This document shows, piece by piece, positions 19,357 through 25,857 of a stretch of DNA of 64,000 bases. Position 1 is the first letter of the stretch, and the number at the start of each line of letters is the position of its first letter. The DNA is from Alphaproteobacteria bacterium (GTDB lineage Bacteria; Pseudomonadota; Alphaproteobacteria; RF32; CAG-239): NCBI GenBank assembly GCA_045577985.1, contig JAZNJJ010000025.1, forward strand, positions 42,488-106,487. Reading direction: 5' to 3'. A model generated the notes under the pieces. It saw only the letters and a list, made by a program, of their open reading frames with translations. It was not told the DNA's origin and did not search any database. A program made the position numbers and the translations under genes.

Positions 19357-20100
19357 TTAATTTTTCTCTAAAAAAGTAATCCAATTATCGTATAAAATTT
19401 GGCATATCTCAGTAGTAGATATATTGTATATATTGGCAATTTCATTAGCTAGACACGGTATGTTTTCTGGTAGTGTTTCTATATTTTTAATACCTGATTG
19501 GTATGGTCCATCTGTTTCTAACAGTATTTTATTTATATTTAAATTTTTTATAATATTAATATTGTTTTTTTTGCGAAGTATTGAGAAATTTAATCCTATA
19601 TAATATCCTCTTTTTTGTATTTCATTTCCCCATTCTATAGAACCCGTATAGGAATGAAAAATTGTTTTTGATGGTAAAATATCAAATAATTTCATAAAAT
19701 ATTTATTTGCTTTTACAGAATGTATTATAAGAGGTCTGTTGTATTTTTTTGCTAAATTAATGTGCACTTTTAAAAATTCAATCTGTTGTTCAATATCTGA
19801 ATTTTTTATTGTATCAATTCCCGTTTCTCCAATAAAACATTTAGGATTTTTTTCAATATAATTAATAAGTTGATCTTTCCAATTATGTGGCGTTTGATGT
19901 ATGTACCAGGGATGAACGCCAAATGCGGGAATAATTTGATTTATACTTTTACTTAAATCTTCTATTTTTTGCCAATCACTAGGATGTGATGAAGGATTGA
20001 CAAATTTCTGGATATTATTTTTTGTGGCGTTTATTACAATATTTTTAATATCTTGTGTTATATAATCTTGAAGATGTATGTGCGAATCTATAAAATACAT
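19357..20100 (-). CDS. TatD-family hydrolase
   Basis: IDSHIH, GVHPW, IGETGID, IIHS, ETDGP. Confidence 0.92.
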   Translation of the reverse strand: MYFIDSHIHLQDYITQDIKNIVINATKNNIQKFVNPSSHPSDWQKIEDLSKSINQIIPAFGVHPWYIHQTPHNWKDQLINYIEKNPKCFIGETGIDTIKNSDIEQQIEFLKVHINLAKKYNRPLIIHSVKANKYFMKLFDILPSKTIFHSYTGSIEWGNEIQKRGYYIGLNFSILRKKNNINIIKNLNINKILLETDGPYQSGIKNIETLPENIPCLANEIANIYNISTTEICQILYDNWITFLEKN

Positions 20101-20136
20101 TTAACAATCCTTTCTTGATAGGAGATAATAACAACA

Positions 20137-21228
20137 ATGAATATTTTTACAAGACCTGTTTTGGAATTTAATTTAAGTAGATTGATAGAAAATTATAAAT
20201 TATTAGAGGAAATTATAAAACCAGCTATTCCTTCGGCTGTTATAAAAGATAATGCCTATGGTATAGGAGCAAGAGTTGTTGCAGAGCAATTGTATAAGAA
20301 TGCTAACTGTAGAAATTTTTGGGTAGCTCATGCAGTTGAGGCAGAATGTATAGTTGATGTAGTAAAAGATGCTAAAATATTTGTATTACAAGGGATTGGT
20401 AAAGATAATTTAGAATTGTTTAAAAAATATAAATTCATTCCAGTTATCAATTCTTACGAAATGTTTAAGTTTTGGAAGGATAATTCAATTGAGGGGATAA
20501 AACCTGTTATTCATGTTGAAACAGGGTTGAATCGTTTAGGCTTTAGAGAAAATGAATTAAAACAACTGAATAAAGATGAATTAAAGATGTTTGCTATGGT
20601 TATGAGTCATTTGGCTTGTGCTGATGAGAAAGATCATTTTATGAATAAACATCAATTAGAAAAATTTAATCAAATACGTAAAAAATATTTTTCGGAAATA
20701 CCTGCATCTTTATCAGCATCTGATGGGGCTTTCTTGGGAGAAGATTTTTGTTGTGATATGGTGAGACTTGGTGCTGCTATGTATGGGATAAATACGGCTC
20801 CTTATCGATTGAATCAAATGAAAAATATAATAACATTAAAAGCTCCTGTTTTGCAGGTTACAGATTTGATAAAAGGAGAATTTGTTGGATATTCTGCTAC
20901 ATATAGGGCAAGTACAAATAGAAAAATAGCAATAGTATCAATTGGTTACGGAGATGGTATTCCTCGTTCATTATCTAATGTTGGTAAAATATTTTTTAAA
21001 TGCGGAAAAAATTGGAGTGAAGCAAATATTATCGGTCGAGTTTCAATGGATAATATTATATGTGATGTTACAAATATCAAAAAAATTAAATCTGGTGATT
21101 GGGGGTATTTGATATTTGATGAATATACAGTGGATGATATAGCCAGAGATGCTGGAACAATCAGCTATGAAGTGTTATCCAGAGTTGGAAAAAATCCTCG
21201 TTTTGATAGAAAATTTACAACTAAATGA
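20137..21228 (+). CDS. alr: alanine racemase
   Basis: AVIKDNAYG, ETGLNRLG, SHLACAD, GYGDG, GRVSMD. Confidence 0.93.
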   Translation: MNIFTRPVLEFNLSRLIENYKLLEEIIKPAIPSAVIKDNAYGIGARVVAEQLYKNANCRNFWVAHAVEAECIVDVVKDAKIFVLQGIGKDNLELFKKYKFIPVINSYEMFKFWKDNSIEGIKPVIHVETGLNRLGFRENELKQLNKDELKMFAMVMSHLACADEKDHFMNKHQLEKFNQIRKKYFSEIPASLSASDGAFLGEDFCCDMVRLGAAMYGINTAPYRLNQMKNIITLKAPVLQVTDLIKGEFVGYSATYRASTNRKIAIVSIGYGDGIPRSLSNVGKIFFKCGKNWSEANIIGRVSMDNIICDVTNIKKIKSGDWGYLIFDEYTVDDIARDAGTISYEVLSRVGKNPRFDRKFTTK

Positions 21229-21337
21229 TTTTTCATAAAAAAACTTGTGAATTCTTTTCTGAAATGAGTTTTGTTTTCTGAATAAGAGTATTACATTCTA
21301 CTAAATTGTTTTAATTTGTTTTTTTAGGAAGGATAAA

Positions 21338-21625
21338 ATGAAAACTATTACCCGTGTTAGTATTACAGAAGCTATTTATGAAGAAATTGGTTTGTCTCGT
21401 AAAGATTCAGGAGATATTTTGGATATGGTTATTGAAGAAATTAGAGCTGAATTGGTAAGCGGCAAAGATGTTAAAATATCTTCATTTGGTACTTTTGGTT
21501 TGCGTAAAAAGAATGCTCGTATTGGTCGTAATCCTAAAACAGGTAAAGAAGCTGAAATTTCTCCAAGAACTGTAATTTCTTTCAAACCTTCACAAATTTT
21601 AAGAAAAGCAGTTAATCCTGCGTAA
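21338..21625 (+). CDS. ihfA: integration host factor alpha
   Basis: [36 protein letters not shown]. Confidence 0.95.
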   Translation: MKTITRVSITEAIYEEIGLSRKDSGDILDMVIEEIRAELVSGKDVKISSFGTFGLRKKNARIGRNPKTGKEAEISPRTVISFKPSQILRKAVNPA

Positions 21626-21639
21626 ATAAAAGGTTTATT

Positions 21640-22065
21640 ATGGTTGTAAATAAGTCTAAATCTGCATTTAGAACTATTGCGGAAGTTGCTGACGATTTGG
21701 GAGTAGCGACGCATGTGTTGCGTTTTTGGGAGACAAAGTTCAATCAAATACGACCAATGAAAGCAAGTGGTGGCCGTCGTTATTACAGACCTGATGATGT
21801 TGAAGTTATAAAATTAATTAAAAGTCTTTTATATAATAATCGTTATACAATTGAGGGTGTTCAACGTTTAATTAAAGAACGAGGATTGAAGAATCTTTTA
21901 GGTTCGGAAGAGATACAGAAGGATTTTTTTGATAAATCTGAGCTAAATGATAATGTTGCAACATATAGTACAATAGAAAATGCAGAAGGTGATGTTGTAT
22001 TTAGTGAATTGAGTAAGGCTATTGCAGAATTAAAGTCTATGCGTGAAAAATTGGCTAAAATGTAG
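21640..22065 (+). CDS. MerR-family regulator (ihfA-linked)
   Basis: KS..AFRTI.EVA..L....[19 protein letters not shown]. Confidence 0.92.
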   Translation: MVVNKSKSAFRTIAEVADDLGVATHVLRFWETKFNQIRPMKASGGRRYYRPDDVEVIKLIKSLLYNNRYTIEGVQRLIKERGLKNLLGSEEIQKDFFDKSELNDNVATYSTIENAEGDVVFSELSKAIAELKSMREKLAKM

Positions 22066-22080
22066 TGTGACAAAATATAA

Positions 22081-22121
22081 TTGACAAAAACCACTAGATG
22101 ATTTATCATTTAGTGGTTTTT
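22081..22121 (+). promoter_or_regulatory. sigma70-like promoter overlapped by an inverted repeat
   Basis: TTGACA-N17-TATCAT overlapped by AAAAACCACTAGATGAT TT ATCATTTAGTGGTTTTT. Confidence 0.55.
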
Positions 22122-22136
22122 AATTATAATTTAGAT

Positions 22137-22727
22137 ATGAATGGTGTTATTTATGAAACGGGTGTTCTTCCTAGGGAACTAGTTGAAGATCCATCAAGGA
22201 AAAATGAGTTGATGGAGTATTTGAAAGATCCTCATTTTTTTGTTGATTTAGATTGTGAACTTTTGTTGTTTCGAAATGGTTATGAAGACCACTTAATGGA
22301 ATATCTTTCTCATCATGCTTTGATGGAAAGAAATCAGTGGGTGCTCTTTGAATCTCAAAATGAAAAAGTTTTAGATTTTTATATTGAACATTGGGTATTG
22401 GCTTCTATTTATGAAAAAAAATTATGTACTCTAGAATACAGAAATAAATGGTTGATGAAGTATTTAGATTATCATAATTTTGCTGATAGTGATAATGAAA
22501 TATTATTGTTTGATGAAGGTATGGAAAATTTTAGAAGTTTCTATATTTCTCAAACATCTTTTCATTCTCGTAAAGTTGAATGTAAGCTTTTTGAACCTCA
22601 ATTTAAGGCCGATTTGGAAGCTTATATAAATAATAGAAGAATGTTCTATGCTGAGTTTGTTAATGAATTTATCAAGGTTGCGAGTCCGGAACTTGTATCA
22701 CGTTATAATTCATATAGCAAAAAATAG
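22137..22727 (+). CDS. hypothetical protein with degenerate ~25-aa repeats
   Basis: Repeating L(M/L).Y(L/I)..H.(F/L)....(E/Q)..LF units; start moved to ATG downstream of the promoter. Confidence 0.7.
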   Translation: MNGVIYETGVLPRELVEDPSRKNELMEYLKDPHFFVDLDCELLLFRNGYEDHLMEYLSHHALMERNQWVLFESQNEKVLDFYIEHWVLASIYEKKLCTLEYRNKWLMKYLDYHNFADSDNEILLFDEGMENFRSFYISQTSFHSRKVECKLFEPQFKADLEAYINNRRMFYAEFVNEFIKVASPELVSRYNSYSKK

Positions 22728-22767
22728 AATAAAAGCACTATAGATGTATATCTGTAGTGCTTTTATT
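22728..22767. terminator. bidirectional intrinsic terminator
   Basis: AATAAAAGCACTATAGAT..ATCTGTAGTGCTTTTATT between convergent genes. Confidence 0.8.
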
Positions 22768-22769
22768 TA

Positions 22770-23381
22770 TTATTGGAAAACCCAAAATATTCCTCCATCA
22801 TTCGAACAAGTATCTACAGCTACATCAACAGGCATCGGGACAGAAATATTAGATCCTCCTGAACAAGCAATAGCATAACCATTACCTACTCCACCGGAGC
22901 AGTTTCCAAGAGCTTCTTCTTCATCAGGTTCAGCAGTAGACACTATAATCACTGAATTTAATCCAGTAGTATCACGACTCCCCCAATCTTGTGTAGCAAG
23001 CTCAATACATGCTTCTTCTGATGGAATTTGGGTAAGAATTGCAAAAAAGTCACCAAGCCCGGTTATATCAAACTCTCTACCCCAAGCATTAGTCATGCTA
23101 TATCCTGAACCAAACATTTCTTTAGGGGCTAAAACAGCTTTATATAAGATTCTTCCACTTAAATTACGATAATTTTTCTGTCTTTGCCTTCCATATAACA
23201 TTCTAACATTTTGAGAAATTTGCGTAATTTGATCGATTGTTTTATTAATTCTATATTTGGTCATCGCTTTCGAGTATCCTGCAATACCACCCACAGATAA
23301 TACACCGATAATAGCGAGTACTCCAAGCATTTCAATCATTGAACGACCATTTTGATTTGTGGTTCTACACATTTTATTCAT
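22770..23381 (-). CDS. type IV pilin-like protein (copy 1)
   Basis: Class III signal NG|RSMIEMLGVLAIIGVLSVGGIAGY, PilS-like body (MTNAWG, EEACIEL); AAGGAG RBS supports start at MNKM. Confidence 0.85.
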   Translation of the reverse strand: MNKMCRTTNQNGRSMIEMLGVLAIIGVLSVGGIAGYSKAMTKYRINKTIDQITQISQNVRMLYGRQRQKNYRNLSGRILYKAVLAPKEMFGSGYSMTNAWGREFDITGLGDFFAILTQIPSEEACIELATQDWGSRDTTGLNSVIIVSTAEPDEEEALGNCSGGVGNGYAIACSGGSNISVPMPVDVAVDTCSNDGGIFWVFQ

Positions 23382-23399
23382 TATTATTCTCCTTATCTT

Positions 23400-23431
23400 T
23401 GTCCGAAAAAAAGCATCCCTTTTTTCTGACA
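23400..23431. repeat. 32-bp palindrome, pilin-1 proximal copy (3 mismatches to consensus)
   Basis: TGTCCGAAAAAAAGCATCCCTTTTTTCTGACA. Confidence 0.9.
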
Positions 23432-23455
23432 CAAAATCTTAAATTTAGAAAAAAT

Positions 23456-23468
23456 TAACCTATTGATG
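23456..23468 (-). promoter_or_regulatory. IHF-like site between palindromes
   Basis: Minus strand CATCAATAGGTTA vs consensus WATCAANNNNTTR (1 mismatch). Confidence 0.5.
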
Positions 23469-23499
23469 TTACGTTATGAGGAGAACAAATTTTAATGAA

Positions 23500-23541
23500 A
23501 AAAATGTCCGAAAAAAGGGATCCCTTTTTTCGGACATTTTT
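23500..23541. repeat. perfect 42-bp palindrome, pilin-1 distal copy
   Basis: AAAAATGTCCGAAAAAAGGGATCCCTTTTTTCGGACATTTTT. Confidence 0.95.
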
Positions 23542-23547
23542 ATTTAT

Positions 23548-23701
23548 GCTTCGATCGTAACACTACCTGCATTAGCAGGTAGATGTAGACAATCCTAAAT
23601 CTTTGATATAATGCTATATAGAATACTAAGGGCGCGAAGATTTAGGACAAGCATGGTTTGATCTAAAATGATATCACCTACTCACGTCGGTGGAAGTTCA
23701 T
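23548..23701 (+). mobile_element. structured element resembling an IS200/IS605 right end / omega-RNA remnant
   Basis: Hairpins CTACCTGC/GCAGGTAG, TCCTAAATCTT/AAGATTTAGGA and subterminal TCACCTAC-TCAC-GTCGGTGG followed by AAGTTCAT; no transposase nearby. Confidence 0.4.
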
Positions 23702-25758
23702 TAAAATGTATCTATTAAATCATCTATAGTTTGAGGGGAATTATTATCTATATTTGAAGCTTCGCTATCTATTAATTCTGCAATTTCATCAACATCTTGA
23801 TTTTTCAATCCTATAAAATTAGTTACTTTTTCTAGAAAAGATGTTTTTTTAGGAAGATTTTTAGGGGTATCTTTTATAGTTGTAATCATAATATCATGCC
23901 AGATTTCTGCCGGTAAACCACTTCCAACTATCTTATTCATTGGCTTATCATTATCATTTCCAACCCATACTGCTGTAATATATTTGTTTGTCCATCCTAT
24001 AAACCAGGCATCTCTATAATTTTGTGTTGTACCTGTTTTTCCTGCAGCAAAAATAGGTAGTTGTGCCGCTCTACCAGTTCCTTTATTTATAACATTTTCT
24101 AATATGTTTGTTAATTGCTGTACAGTTTTTGTGTTTATAATTTGTTTTTCTTTATATTTTTTACGAACATAAAGTTGGTGACCATTTTGGGTTGAGATTT
24201 CGTTTATAGCGTGTACATGTACCGATTTTCCGCCGTTGGCTATACTGGTGTATGCTGTAACCATATCTAACAACTTTACTTCATTTGTTCCTAATACCAT
24301 GGATGGAGAAAGAGAAAGTTGCGTAGATATACCCATTTTGTATGCATTTGTTGCAATGTCTTTTAATTTTAAATTTTTTGATAATACGACAGTAGCAACA
24401 TTTAAGGAATTTGTTAATGCAAAATCTAGAGTAACATCACCATAATATCGTCGACTATAGTTTTCTGGTTTCCAATTTCCGATAGTAATAGGATAATCTC
24501 TTATGGTGCTATCCGGAGTGAAGCCTTTTTCTAAAGCTGTTAAATAAACAATAGGTTTAAAAGCAGATCCAGCTTGGCGTTTTGCTTGTGTAGCTCTATT
24601 AAATTGGCTTTTATTATAATCAACACCGCCAACCATAGCTTTTATTGCTCCATTTTTATCCATAATGATAACAGCGCCTTCTGTTACATTTTTGTTTTTG
24701 AATTTTTCAATTTTGGTTTGTAAAATTGTTTCAGCTGTTTCTTGTAATTTTTGATCTAGAGTTGTCATCACTACTATATCATCTGTACGTTCTCCAATAT
24801 AGTTATTTACTTTATCGTAGACATATTGTGCAAAATGTTTGCCGCCTGAAACCCTGTATTTTTGGCCATTACTTATAGGTAGTGTTTTGGCTTCTTTATA
24901 TTGTTGTTCTGTAATAAAGTCATTCTTTAGCATATTGTGTAATACAACATTTGCTCTTTGCAGGGCAGCATCTTTTTTAAAAATAGGGTTATACCTATTA
25001 GGGGCTTTTAACATTCCAGCTAAAATAGCAGCTTCACGTAAATTTAACTCATACGAGGTTTTGTTAAAATACCAGTTTGAAGCTGCTTCTATACCATAAT
25101 TTGAGGAGCCGAAATAAACACGATTTAAATAAAGTGCAAGAATTTGATTTTTAGTTAATTTTTTCTCTAGCCAAAAAGACAATAGGAGTTCTTGGACTTT
25201 TCTCTTTATTGTTTTGTTAGGGGTTAAGAAAATGTTTTTTGCTACTTGTTGAGTTATGGTAGAAGCTCCTTGCACATAGCGTCTGTGATATAAATTTGTT
25301 AAAATTGCTCGGCTAAATCCTAATATGTCAAAACCGAAATGCTTATAAAATCGTCTATCTTCTGTAGCAATTATGGCATTGGTGATATTTTGTGGTAAAT
25401 TATCGGGATATATTGTATCGGCATAGACATTTCCAAATTTTGCTATGTCATTACCATTTTCAGCCATAATAATGGTAGATGGTTGTCTAATCTTCGAGAC
25501 AGCATCTTGAATGTTAGGCATTGTTATATAACAGTAAAAAATATAACATCCGAGTGTAATAATGCTTATAAGCAAAAGATATATGCTCCAAATGAATAGT
25601 CTCCACTTTAAAGAAGATTTTTTTGAATTTTTTTTCTTTTTTCTTGATGTTTTAGATTTTGAGCTTTTCTTTTTTTTAATTGCTTCTAAATAAATTATTT
25701 TTTGTTTATTTACTGGCATTGTTAGACTCTTAATTAATGAACGAACTCTTTTTATCAT
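23701..25758 (-). CDS. class A penicillin-binding protein (PBP1A family)
   Basis: EDRRFY.HFG, GASTITQQ..KN, GSAFK, AGKTGT; start uncertain. Confidence 0.93.
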   Translation of the reverse strand: MIKRVRSLIKSLTMPVNKQKIIYLEAIKKKKSSKSKTSRKKKKNSKKSSLKWRLFIWSIYLLLISIITLGCYIFYCYITMPNIQDAVSKIRQPSTIIMAENGNDIAKFGNVYADTIYPDNLPQNITNAIIATEDRRFYKHFGFDILGFSRAILTNLYHRRYVQGASTITQQVAKNIFLTPNKTIKRKVQELLLSFWLEKKLTKNQILALYLNRVYFGSSNYGIEAASNWYFNKTSYELNLREAAILAGMLKAPNRYNPIFKKDAALQRANVVLHNMLKNDFITEQQYKEAKTLPISNGQKYRVSGGKHFAQYVYDKVNNYIGERTDDIVVMTTLDQKLQETAETILQTKIEKFKNKNVTEGAVIIMDKNGAIKAMVGGVDYNKSQFNRATQAKRQAGSAFKPIVYLTALEKGFTPDSTIRDYPITIGNWKPENYSRRYYGDVTLDFALTNSLNVATVVLSKNLKLKDIATNAYKMGISTQLSLSPSMVLGTNEVKLLDMVTAYTSIANGGKSVHVHAINEISTQNGHQLYVRKKYKEKQIINTKTVQQLTNILENVINKGTGRAAQLPIFAAGKTGTTQNYRDAWFIGWTNKYITAVWVGNDNDKPMNKIVGSGLPAEIWHDIMITTIKDTPKNLPKKTSFLEKVTNFIGLKNQDVDEIAELIDSEASNIDNNSPQTIDDLIDTF

Positions 25759-25857
25759 ATATCAAAGAAGTAAAGATTTTATAAAGTTTGGGAGCAAATT
25801 TTAAAAAGCTTGGAGATTATAAAAATGTAATTTATATTTGTGTTAAGGAAGGTGGAT

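Noticed and set aside
23382-23432. N-terminal extension of pilin 1 in the ORF track (MSEKRDAFF...)
   Set aside because: It runs through the palindrome; the AAGGAG RBS and the paralog support a start at 23381
23400-23541. Palindromic repeats as a CRISPR array
   Set aside because: Only two repeats per locus, 73-74 bp spacers, fully palindromic units and no cas genes
25600-25710. Long T-runs in the PBP1A 5' region as a phase-variable tract
   Set aside because: They encode a Lys-rich cytoplasmic tail, the frame is intact, and such runs are expected at this AT content
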